DNA of 20,000 bases from an uncultured virus (IMG/VR IMGVR_UViG_3300045241_000137) (IMGVR_UViG_3300045241_000137), one strand, 5' to 3'. Counted from the stretch's first letter, positions 8,310 to 16,151 are shown. The notes: generated from the letters alone by a model not told the origin. Numbers and translations: made by a program.

Positions 8310-8396
8310 ATGTTCGGTTTGTGTTTGCTCGTGCTCGTGGTGTTGGCACCACTCGTGCTAGTGGTGTTCGGGATGTGGCGAGCGGTGTCGTCGTGA
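8310..8396 (+). CDS. Small single-TM peptide (28 aa)
   Basis: Not in the ORF track; MFGLCLLVLVVLAPLVLVVFGMWRAVSS, AGGGG 7 nt upstream, GTGA overlap with the next ORF. Confidence 0.6.
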   Translation: MFGLCLLVLVVLAPLVLVVFGMWRAVSS

Positions 8397-8554
8397 ACTG
8401 CGCGCGTTGCGGCTATCCGCCCGATTGGCATTCTGAGGATAACGGCGCGTGCCCGGACGACGATTGCCCGCGTCCGGATAGTGCAGCGGCGCCGGTTAGG
8501 TGGTCGCCGATGGTAAAGCCGGACCTAGACGATTACGACGGATTCGTCCGATGA
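8393..8554 (+). CDS. Small Cys/His Zn-binding-like protein (53 aa)
   Basis: MNCARCGYPPDWH...C...C; overlaps at both ends. Confidence 0.55.
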   Translation: MNCARCGYPPDWHSEDNGACPDDDCPRPDSAAAPVRWSPMVKPDLDDYDGFVR

Positions 8555-10188
8555 GTGATTCCGTATATGAGCGGGACGCGCGCAGGATCGGCGATGCGAT
8601 CGCGGCTATGCGCAGGGGTGAGACGTCAACGGCGGGTATCTACGATTACTCTCGCACGCTCGTGGACATCGATATGCGGCGCCGTGAAGCGTATAGCTAC
8701 GGCCGGCATTTTCCTTTGTTTCGCTACGTGCCCGCGAGCGGGCGTCGTAAAGAGCTCTTTGTGGTCAATGGTGACGAGTCGCCGCGGTCCGGCCGCGGCT
8801 GGGGTGGTTCGCGGACACCGGACCATATGAGCGATACGCGCCGGCTTATCGCGGCAACGGGCGCCGATAGTGTCGTTATCCCGTTTAGCGCGCTCGAGGG
8901 GGCAGGCATTGACATTGACTCGGTTCGCCCGGTTCACGTTCGCCCGGATGAGAACTGGACAGAGACGCGCCGCGCGGCATCCATTGACGATTTGCCCGAT
9001 AGCCTGCGCAGGTCTCTAGGAGAGTCTTGGTCTAGCGTCACAGGTCCGGATGCGAGCGGCGCGTATAGCTGGGATGTTCGGCGCCATCGGCTAGGCGATT
9101 GTTTGTTTTCGGCCGTGCGCGAGGGTAAGCGGTCCCGTTTTCTGTCCTCATTTGATTATGAGGAACCCGCGCCTATGTATTTTCTGGTTCAGGTCCCGCG
9201 CGGTGCAGGGGATACCGTTGAAACTGCGATTGACAGTTTGGCACCGCGCGCGGTTTGGGCCGCGCGGGCACGCAATATCCCGGTTTACCGTCAGGGCGAC
9301 ATCTTCTTTATAGAGACGCGTATGACGGACCTAGACCTAGAGCTGCGCGTGATAACTGCGCGTGCACGGTTGACGATGTTGGACCGCGATGCGCGGCCAC
9401 GGAGGGGTGAGACAGGCTATGTTCGCCCGTTGACCGCGGCGGAAACGCGCCGGATGCGGGCGATGGTACGCGCCGAATATTTGCGTATCACTCGGGACGC
9501 GCGGACCCAGCTCGAGCATAGAGACGCGCCGCGCGCCGGTCCTAAGACTGAGAAAGGTTCACGCGCGCGATGGGCAAAGGTTCGCGCCGGCGACGCGCGA
9601 GACCTAGAAGTAGCGCGGGCGAATCTTCGGCGCGCGACTCTAGGCGGACGGCCGGAACGGTATTCGCACTACGGAGAAATGGATCGATACGCGCCGGTGC
9701 AGCGCTACACGAGGATGAGTCCGCTGCAGTATGAGCGGGCTACGATTGCGGCGCGCGTGAAGCGTGCCCGCGAAGCGCTCGAGACCGTGCAGGATCGCGC
9801 GGCGCGTAATGCGATGGGACGCGCCGCGGCGCGCGACGTCTATAGGGCGCCGCTCACGGCGGGACCGGCCGCGATTGTTGCTATGCGTATGGCACGGTCC
9901 GCGGCGCGCGCAAAGTTCTACCCGCAAGAGACCGGCGCCGGCTATGACGCGCACCGGCGCGCCGTTCGCAACGTCCTATCCATTTACGGGACCGCTCATA
10001 CCGCGCGTGAAGTTGCGCGCGTAAGAGGGGGCGCCGTTTATGTTCGCGGCAAGGTCTCGCACCGGCCCGAACTAGACGACGGCCGGCCCAGCCGTTGGGA
10101 TACACGGCCGGAACATAGGCCGCTCGAGTTGCGCGACGATTGTTGGTATCTCGCGGTTCGCAATCGTGTCCCGAGGTCCCGCGCGTGA
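8551..10188 (+). CDS. Large phage hypothetical protein with RQGDIFF motif and Arg-rich insert (545 aa)
   Basis: Long ORF with YSYGRHFPL, HRLGDCLF, RQGDIFFIE, HTAREV, YVRGKVSH and EHRPL...WYLAVRN; ATGA overlap. Confidence 0.85.
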   Translation: MSDSVYERDARRIGDAIAAMRRGETSTAGIYDYSRTLVDIDMRRREAYSYGRHFPLFRYVPASGRRKELFVVNGDESPRSGRGWGGSRTPDHMSDTRRLIAATGADSVVIPFSALEGAGIDIDSVRPVHVRPDENWTETRRAASIDDLPDSLRRSLGESWSSVTGPDASGAYSWDVRRHRLGDCLFSAVREGKRSRFLSSFDYEEPAPMYFLVQVPRGAGDTVETAIDSLAPRAVWAARARNIPVYRQGDIFFIETRMTDLDLELRVITARARLTMLDRDARPRRGETGYVRPLTAAETRRMRAMVRAEYLRITRDARTQLEHRDAPRAGPKTEKGSRARWAKVRAGDARDLEVARANLRRATLGGRPERYSHYGEMDRYAPVQRYTRMSPLQYERATIAARVKRAREALETVQDRAARNAMGRAAARDVYRAPLTAGPAAIVAMRMARSAARAKFYPQETGAGYDAHRRAVRNVLSIYGTAHTAREVARVRGGAVYVRGKVSHRPELDDGRPSRWDTRPEHRPLELRDDCWYLAVRNRVPRSRA

Positions 10189-10328
10189 GACTCGTGCTAG
10201 ACGTTTTCGCGGCAGTTGTCGCGGTGTTGTATGCGCGCCGTGAGGTTTGCGGCGCGCTCGAGGTTTGGGCCGATCGGCCCAACGGTTGCGGGACCGTTGC
10301 CCGCGCGAAAGGAAAGGAAGGGTCCTAA
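10185..10328 (+). CDS. Hypothetical protein (47 aa)
   Basis: GTGA and TAATG overlaps. Confidence 0.4.
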   Translation: MRLVLDVFAAVVAVLYARREVCGALEVWADRPNGCGTVARAKGKEGS

Positions 10329-10546
10329 TGGACACTTTCACGCTTACCATCGTCGACGAGGATGAGGTAATCCTGGCCGATACCGTTACGGCGCCGATGT
10401 GCACGAGCTGCGGCGCGATCGCTGCACCGGATGGGACCTGTCTCGAGATTGGCGCGTGCGAGCGGGCGGACCGCGCCGCAACGCGCGGCGCGACAGGACC
10501 GGCCGCGAAGTTTCGCGCGTGGACAGCTCGCGGGACCGTGGACTGA
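10328..10546 (+). CDS. Hypothetical Zn-ribbon-like protein (72 aa)
   Basis: AAGGAAGG upstream; CTSC...C...C. Confidence 0.65.
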   Translation: MDTFTLTIVDEDEVILADTVTAPMCTSCGAIAAPDGTCLEIGACERADRAATRGATGPAAKFRAWTARGTVD

Positions 10547-10625
10547 GCTAACCCGCTTCGGCGCGCGTAGGCGCGCATAACCGAGTCCTGCACGCGTCGA
10601 CGGACGCGGGAACATCGCAGGAAAC

Positions 10626-10654
10626 AAAGACCGGCGCCGGCCGGTCTTTTCTTT
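10626..10654 (+). terminator. Intrinsic terminator
   Basis: AAAGACCGGC-GCCG-GCCGGTCTTT followed by TCTTT, downstream of the plus-strand operon. Confidence 0.8.
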
Positions 10655-11093
10655 GCCCGCATACAGGCGCGCGCGTGAGCGCGCCAGGAGGGATAGCCGA
10701 TTACCCTGCCCGATTGCCCGCACGACGTTAGAGCTGCTTACGCGCGGCCGGTCCCGCCCGGTTTAGGATCCTGCGCGCCGATTGGCGCCGCGCGCGCGCC
10801 GGCCGTGAACGTTGACGCGCCGGCGCCGGTCCCGTTCGGGCACGCGCGCGAGCTCGTGGCACGCGCCGTGCACGGCGCCGGCGCCGCGGTTAGACGTCTA
10901 GCCGGCGCCGTGCTCGAGCGCTGCAGCAGGCGCCGCGCGCCGGCCGGCGCGCCGTGGCACGAGCATTGCCGCGGCGCGCCGCGCGCGATCGGCGAGACCT
11001 GCCCGATGCGAGCGGCCGCAGGCATCGATAGGTCCCCGTCTATCGCTCGGCCGATCGATAGGTCCGAGCCTCATAGTTGCGACCGCAAGCAAC

Positions 11094-11121
11094 CCGGGCG
11101 CCGGGCGCCGGGCGCCGGGCA
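11094..11121 (+). repeat. 7-bp tandem repeat (CCGGGCG)x4
   Basis: CCGGGCG CCGGGCG CCGGGCG CCGGGCA. Confidence 0.7.
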
Positions 11122-11190
11122 TCCTGCCGCCGGGGCACCCCTGCCGGCGCCGGAGGGTGACGTCACCTAGTGCCGGTGCTTTCGGTCCCC

Positions 11191-11976
11191 CTAGTGCTCG
11201 GGCTTTTCATCTAGTGCCGGGGCTTCTAGTGCCGGGGCTTCTGCCTCAGTCCATTCGCCGTCATCGACCAGTTCGAGCACGTCCGCCGGCACCGCTTCGA
11301 TCGCAGGCCGGGCCGTCCTCGTCACCGCCGGATCGTCGAGACCGGGCGAATACTCCTGTAGGAGCTGAGCTAGTAGCCGGGCTTTCTCCATCGGCATGCG
11401 CTCCCAGTCCACGAGCGGCTGGAACCGAACGGACACGTCGACCGTCGAACGGGCGACCGGCGCGAACTGCTCCGGATCCAGCATCTTCAGCAGCGTCTTG
11501 TAATCCCCTTTGCGCCGGGCTTCTTGAATCAGCTCGTGATTAAACTCCGCGCGCGCCTGCTCCAACGCCGCCACTAGATCCGCGTGCAGGCCGCCCTTGT
11601 CGGCGTCCCTGTCCTCGCGGCCGCGCTTCTCCCAGCGCTTCGCCGTAGCCTCCACGACTCCGCACCGCCGATACGCGTCCGCCTTCGTCATCCCCTCCCG
11701 CACCAGCGAAGCAACGTCGTCGACCAGCTCGCCGGTCAGCTTGCGAGCTCGGGCACGCTCGCGCGCGAACGGAATCGTCGGCTCCGCCATGACAGCCTCT
11801 AGAACGGCGCCGGCGTGAAGATCGATCAGACGGCAGATAGCCGTGGAGCGGGTGACACCGAGACCGCGCGACATCTCCTCGAGCGCGTCGTAGCGGTCTC
11901 GGTCGACCGTCGCTCCGATCGTGATGTTCCTGACCCCGCGATGACGCTCGGGAGGTTTGCGCTCGACGACTGACAT
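11191..11976 (-). CDS. Probable terminase small subunit with an extra N-terminal RHH-like domain (261 aa)
   Basis: ITIGATVDRDRYDALEEMSRGLGVTRS is RHH-like. KLTGELVDDVASLVREGMTKADAYRRCGVVEATAKRWEKRG...ALEQARAEF resembles the TerS HTH plus oligomerisation helix. Same strand as terL. Confidence 0.6.
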   Translation of the reverse strand: MSVVERKPPERHRGVRNITIGATVDRDRYDALEEMSRGLGVTRSTAICRLIDLHAGAVLEAVMAEPTIPFARERARARKLTGELVDDVASLVREGMTKADAYRRCGVVEATAKRWEKRGREDRDADKGGLHADLVAALEQARAEFNHELIQEARRKGDYKTLLKMLDPEQFAPVARSTVDVSVRFQPLVDWERMPMEKARLLAQLLQEYSPGLDDPAVTRTARPAIEAVPADVLELVDDGEWTEAEAPALEAPALDEKPEH

Positions 11977-12733
11977 CTCCGTGAAGCCTACGGGAGAGTC
12001 ACGACATCCCCGAGATACAACGGAATCGGACTATCTCGGCCGAGACGCGGCGCGCGCCTCATCCGCCAAGTCATTCTGCCGCGTTCGCGTTATCGACCGT
12101 TTCGGCACCTTTCCCGTTGTTCGTTTAGGGCGGAAAACCGTGGCATTCGCGTTAGGTAGGAGCGGGTTGCGCGAGTTGCCGCCGGCTCAACGCGGCTTCG
12201 CGCAATCCTACCCGCGCATACCCGCCCGGTCAAGGTATTGGGGCTGGTATAGGCTTGGTTTTGGCTCTATAGCTGGGTTTGCGGGGTGTTTTCTTAACAA
12301 TCAGGTGCGGTTCGGCACGAGTATATTTGGTTCGTTCGTGAGTTGCAGGGGTTTTTCGGTGTCGGCGGCGGTTCTCACATTTGCGGTAGACGATGTTGTG
12401 TCGGCTGTTCCGGACGTGTGCTGTTCTATGACTTGGTTTGTGCTCGGTGTTCCGGTGGTGTTCCGGATATTGGGCGAGATGTCTTGTTCGTTTGTGCGCA
12501 AGTGACACTTGCAGCACACAAGGTTTGCATTCGGCTTGGTTGACCGGCACATTCTGAGCACACTCAGCACACGCTCGGGATCGTGTTGTCGGTCTAGGCG
12601 ACGGTCGTGTTTCTATATCTGGCAACGCCGGCGGGGGTTGGTTGGGCCGTAGCGTGCGTGTTGTTTATGGCTCGGCTGCGTTGCATCAGTTTTTCTTTGG
12701 TCGTCCTGATGTCTACACAAACCGCTCTTTATC

Positions 12734-12777
12734 TGGTATGCTGCACAGTGACGCACAAGACTTCTACCGTTAGGAGG
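12734..12777 (+). promoter_or_regulatory. Extended -10 promoter and leader/RBS of the rightward operon
   Basis: TGG-TATGCT at 12734-12742, then TCTACCGTTAGGAGG at 12763-12777 and ATG 12785. Confidence 0.65.
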
Positions 12778-12784
12778 TCGTGAG

Positions 12785-13210
12785 ATGAGTGGTACGACTG
12801 GCAGCATCGAGGCGGCGGGCGCGCATTTGGAGGCGGCTCGCGCTGAGTTCGAGGCGTATTCGGAGGATGGGCAGATGACGTCGCTCATCGCGGACGCGTG
12901 GGATTTGACGGCCGCGGCGCTCGGGAGGATCGCGGCGCTAGAGACTGAGCAGCAGGCGGGGGTGTCGGCCGCGTCCCGTGGTCAGGTGCACGTCGTCGCG
13001 TATGACGACGTGGTAGTCGTTCGGCTTTACGACCAGACGAGGGACAATCCGGTTGAGCTGAACGTGGCGAAGCGCGGTGATGGTCTGGTGGCGGTCGGAA
13101 TGGAGGATCGCGACTCGGGCAACGTCGAGCTTTGGACGGCCGTAAATGCGGACGCGTTGCGTGCAGCGCTCGCGCTCGTGTGTGTCGGTTCCGTCTCGGT
13201 GGAGGTGTAG
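12785..13210 (+). CDS. Hypothetical protein (141 aa)
   Basis: Strong AGGAGG RBS. Confidence 0.8.
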   Translation: MSGTTGSIEAAGAHLEAARAEFEAYSEDGQMTSLIADAWDLTAAALGRIAALETEQQAGVSAASRGQVHVVAYDDVVVVRLYDQTRDNPVELNVAKRGDGLVAVGMEDRDSGNVELWTAVNADALRAALALVCVGSVSVEV

Positions 13211-13212
13211 CG

Positions 13213-13878
13213 ATGGAGGCTTTCGAGACGTTCGAGCATGCGGGCTTCGTGTGCGAGCTGCACTACGACGAGGCTGCTCCGTCGCCGGCCGACTGGGACC
13301 AGCTTGGGACGGTCTACCAGTTCGGCCGCGCCTGGCTGCAGGGAGCGGAGAGCGCGTCCGGAGACATCGAGGAGGCGCACGAGCGCAACCGCCCCGGGCT
13401 TGTCGTTCGGGCTTTGCGCATGGCGGGCGAGACGGCGGTGTTGTTCCAGTTTCAGGACTACGGGTCGGGCGGTTCGCGGATCCTGGCGTTGGACGACGGC
13501 GAGGACGATCGGGCGACGGGCTATATCTCGACGACGGATGCGCGCGGCCGGGAGCTCGGGATTCCCGAGAAGGATGGGGAGGCGGAGAGGCAGTTGCGCG
13601 GCGAGCTGAAGGACTGGGACGCGTGGGTGTGCGGCGAGGTTGTCGGCTATGTGGTGCGCGAGGACGTGAAGACGTCGAACGGAGCGGACGTCGGCGAGGT
13701 CGTTCACTCGGTTTGGGGCTTCTACCCGGAGCGGGACGTCGACGGGAGCGACGGCTACGAGTACGTTCGTCAGGAGGCGCGGGACGCGGCCGAGTCGGAG
13801 CGGGACTCGCGGGCGGAGCGTGCCAGGGTGGCGGCGGCGGGGTGGGCGATGGCGCACGGTCAGACGGTGACGGCATGA
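13213..13878 (+). CDS. Acidic phage hypothetical protein (221 aa)
   Basis: GGAGG RBS; GEVVGYVV...HSVWGFY resembles a recurrent uncharacterised phage family. Confidence 0.82.
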   Translation: MEAFETFEHAGFVCELHYDEAAPSPADWDQLGTVYQFGRAWLQGAESASGDIEEAHERNRPGLVVRALRMAGETAVLFQFQDYGSGGSRILALDDGEDDRATGYISTTDARGRELGIPEKDGEAERQLRGELKDWDAWVCGEVVGYVVREDVKTSNGADVGEVVHSVWGFYPERDVDGSDGYEYVRQEARDAAESERDSRAERARVAAAGWAMAHGQTVTA

Positions 13879-14060
13879 CCGCCGGGTGGCCTTGGATCGT
13901 GCTCAAGGAGGACCCGCACGACCAGAGCATTACCGCGCACGGGCCTTTCGTTCGGGAGGCGGACGCGTGGGAGCGGGCGCAAGCGCTCGCGGACGAGTCG
14001 GGCGACGATGACGTGCACGAGCATTTCGTGTGCGTGCAGCTTGTGCCGGTGACAGCATGA
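13875..14060 (+). CDS. Hypothetical protein (61 aa)
   Basis: MTAGWPWIVLKED...HGPF; ATGA overlaps. Confidence 0.7.
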   Translation: MTAGWPWIVLKEDPHDQSITAHGPFVREADAWERAQALADESGDDDVHEHFVCVQLVPVTA

Positions 14061-14329
14061 TCGTCCAGGCCCGTCTATGCACGGTCGAGGGTAAGGGGAT
14101 CGGTTGGTGGCGCAACTACTTCACGGATTGCGAGGACCTGCGCGATGCGTCCTGGTTCGCGCGCGATCTTGTGCCGAAGTGTCAGGTCCGCGTGAAGGAC
14201 GGGCGCGAGGTTGTGTTCGGTCCGTGTCGTGCGGAGGAGCTGCAGGCCGTCCGCGGGGACTGGCCGAACGGTTCGCGGTCGACGGTCGGCGCCACTAACG
14301 GCGCGGACGGGGGTGGGCTCGACACCTAA
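14057..14329 (+). CDS. Hypothetical protein (90 aa)
   Basis: ATGA overlap; stop lies 7 nt before the ribozyme. Confidence 0.65.
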   Translation: MIVQARLCTVEGKGIGWWRNYFTDCEDLRDASWFARDLVPKCQVRVKDGREVVFGPCRAEELQAVRGDWPNGSRSTVGATNGADGGGLDT

Positions 14330-14336
14330 CCCTGTT

Positions 14337-14410
14337 TCGCGGGTGCCGTCTGATGAGACCGCGACGAAACCCCCGCCCTGGCTTTACCCCCCTCGGGCGG
14401 GGGTCACGGC
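14337..14410 (+). ncRNA. Type I hammerhead self-cleaving ribozyme with loop II pseudoknot
   Basis: Stem I GCCGU(14345-49)/ACGGC(14406-10); core CUGAUGA(14350-56); G14357-C14365 closing loop ACCGCGA; GAA(14366-68); 10-bp stem III 14369-78/14395-14404; GUC(14403-05) cleavage triplet; UCGCGG(14337-42) pairs with CCGCGA(14359-64). Confidence 0.93.
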
Positions 14411-14443
14411 TAAATGTTCACTCTCTACCGTTAGGAGCGTTCG

Positions 14444-14731
14444 ATGACTACCGCAACAACGCAGGTGCTTACACAAGTGGAATGGGAAGGGGAAGACTTC
14501 GCGAAAGGCGAAGCGATCGCGCGGGCGCTCGGATATGAGCAGTTCGCCTACACGTCGACGTCCGCGCTCTGGGGCCTGTTCTGTCTGCCGGAGAATCCGC
14601 GGACGTGGCGGGGGAATCGTCAGGCTTTGCAGGGCGGTTGCATCGTGAAGACGCGCGAGCTCGGATTCCTGTTTGTGCAGGACGGCGAGGACCGCGATCC
14701 CGAATCAGTATGGGGCGAGGTTCAGCTATGA
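14444..14731 (+). CDS. Hypothetical protein (95 aa)
   Basis: AGGAG RBS within TCTACCGTTAGGAG. Confidence 0.8.
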   Translation: MTTATTQVLTQVEWEGEDFAKGEAIARALGYEQFAYTSTSALWGLFCLPENPRTWRGNRQALQGGCIVKTRELGFLFVQDGEDRDPESVWGEVQL

Positions 14732-15417
14732 CTTATCGCGAGCGGAGAGAAGCCCGCGCGGAACGGTTGCGCGAGTGGGCCGAGAAGCGCGAACGGGACG
14801 CCGGCGCGGTGCTCCAGTCGCACGAGCGCTACCGAGGCGACCACGCGTTCAACTTTCAGCCGGGCCATATTCCGGAGCGCGCACGCGTGATCGCGCAGGC
14901 CGACAGGGCGTTCGAGTCGCTGGACAAGGCCGCGGGGATGGCGAGCCGCGCGGCGGGGATCGAGGCGCAGGACGCGCACGCGATCTACTCCGACGACGAC
15001 GACGCGATCGAACGGCTCGAGCAGCGGATCGCGGAGCTCGAAGCGGAGCGGTCTAGGTACAAGGTTTTCAATGCGTCGTGTCGCAAGGTCGACGGCGGCG
15101 ACCCTTCCCTGCTGGACGAGAAGCAGCGCGATAACCTCGCGACGATCCTGCGCGTGTGCCCGTACCAGCTCGGCAAGCGCGGCGAGCTGATCTACACAAA
15201 CCTGACGGCGAACATCGCTCGCAACCGCAAGCGGCTCGAGGAGTTGCGCCGGAACGCGGCAACGGTCGAGGCGGGTAGCCGCGGCAACGGCCGCCCGATG
15301 GTCTCGAGGTTTGCGTCCGAGTGTGCAGGGTGCGGCGAGACGATCGACAAGGGGGCCGAGATTGTCTACTACCGCGTGACGCGCGAGGCTCTGCACGCGT
15401 CCTGCGTGGCCGAATGA
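14728..15417 (+). CDS. DUF3560-like protein with C-terminal CxxC...HxxC Zn finger (229 aa)
   Basis: MTYRERREARAERLREWAEKR, QPGH, IYSDDDDAIERLEQRIAELE, TNLTANIARNRKRLEEL and ECAGCGETIDKG...LHASC. Confidence 0.8.
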   Translation: MTYRERREARAERLREWAEKRERDAGAVLQSHERYRGDHAFNFQPGHIPERARVIAQADRAFESLDKAAGMASRAAGIEAQDAHAIYSDDDDAIERLEQRIAELEAERSRYKVFNASCRKVDGGDPSLLDEKQRDNLATILRVCPYQLGKRGELIYTNLTANIARNRKRLEELRRNAATVEAGSRGNGRPMVSRFASECAGCGETIDKGAEIVYYRVTREALHASCVAE

Positions 15418-15740
15418 TGGCCGGCGGGTTCGACGTCGTTATGGGCGGCGATCCGTCGCCGGAGGATCTTTCGTGGTGCCGCCAACAGCTCGACATCGTT
15501 CGCGACGGCGGCATCTGGGGGGTGCCGCGTTCCGGGCTTCTGTTCACGCGCCGCGGCGACGGCTTCGTGCTGACCGCCCGGATGCCGTGGATCGAGGAGA
15601 TGGAGCAGGCCTACCTGGAGGGTCGGGACGTGCCATCTAGCGCCGATGCTTTGCGCGCCTACCAGGACGCCGACTACGAGCTGATTCGGTCGCGGTTCGC
15701 CGCGGCCGGCATCGAAGTGACGGACGGCACAGGTGGGTAA
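15414..15740 (+). CDS. Hypothetical protein (108 aa)
   Basis: DGGIWGVPRSG...IRSRFAAAGIEV; ATGA overlap. Confidence 0.75.
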   Translation: MMAGGFDVVMGGDPSPEDLSWCRQQLDIVRDGGIWGVPRSGLLFTRRGDGFVLTARMPWIEEMEQAYLEGRDVPSSADALRAYQDADYELIRSRFAAAGIEVTDGTGG

Positions 15741-15891
15741 AACGACTGGTCCTGTCTACAGGTGCGGGAACTGCGATCGGCAGTTGAGGGGACGCGCGTG
15801 GGTGTTCTCGAGGTTCACGCACGCGCGTTTCTGCCCCGACGTCGAGGCCTGCATCGTCAGGGGCCGTAAGCGCAGGAAGGCGAAGCGGTGA
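15733..15891 (+). CDS. Small basic Zn-finger-like protein (52 aa)
   Basis: Not in the ORF track; MGKTTGPVYRCGNCDRQLRGRAWVFSRFTHARFCPDVEACIVRGRKRRKAKR fills the gap with a GTGA overlap. Confidence 0.65.
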   Translation: MGKTTGPVYRCGNCDRQLRGRAWVFSRFTHARFCPDVEACIVRGRKRRKAKR

Positions 15892-16151
15892 CGTTCGAGC
15901 AGCGCTACCACGTACCCCGCTCGCAAGTGTGGGCCGGCTCGCGCGGCCGCCAGTCGGGCCGCGTGCATCTGCACGTCATCGAGCGTTTCGACGTCGGCCG
16001 GATCCACCGCGACGCGGGACAAGCGCTTTGCGGCCGCACCGGCTGGTACGAGCGCGCGGCCGACGCGGACGACCTGGCGAGCTCCGGGGTGTGCGCGCGG
16101 TGCGCTGACATCGCGGCGCGGGCCGGTGCCCTAGCGCTGGGGCTTTCGTGA
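15888..16151 (+). CDS. Hypothetical protein with H...C...CxxC motif (87 aa)
   Basis: RVHL...ALCGR...CARC; GTGA overlaps. Confidence 0.7.
   Translation: MTFEQRYHVPRSQVWAGSRGRQSGRVHLHVIERFDVGRIHRDAGQALCGRTGWYERAADADDLASSGVCARCADIAARAGALALGLS

Noticed and set aside
8303..8554. Single 83-aa ORF from ATG 8303
   Set aside because: The ATG abuts the RBS. Two coupled ORFs (8310-8396 and 8393-8554) fit the spacing and overlap pattern better.
10680..10770. Twister ribozyme (GAGGG and CCGGTCCCGCCCGG)
   Set aside because: The conserved AAGC loop and UAA junction are missing, and P1/P2 cannot be formed convincingly.
10738..11170. ORFs on both strands in the palindrome stretch
   Set aside because: Low-complexity Ala/Arg/Pro translations without RBS, located after a terminator.
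12230..12625. 131-aa minus-strand ORF with CAEC/CKPC
   Set aside because: Composition tracks the local skew, there is no clear RBS and no family resemblance. It cannot be fully excluded.
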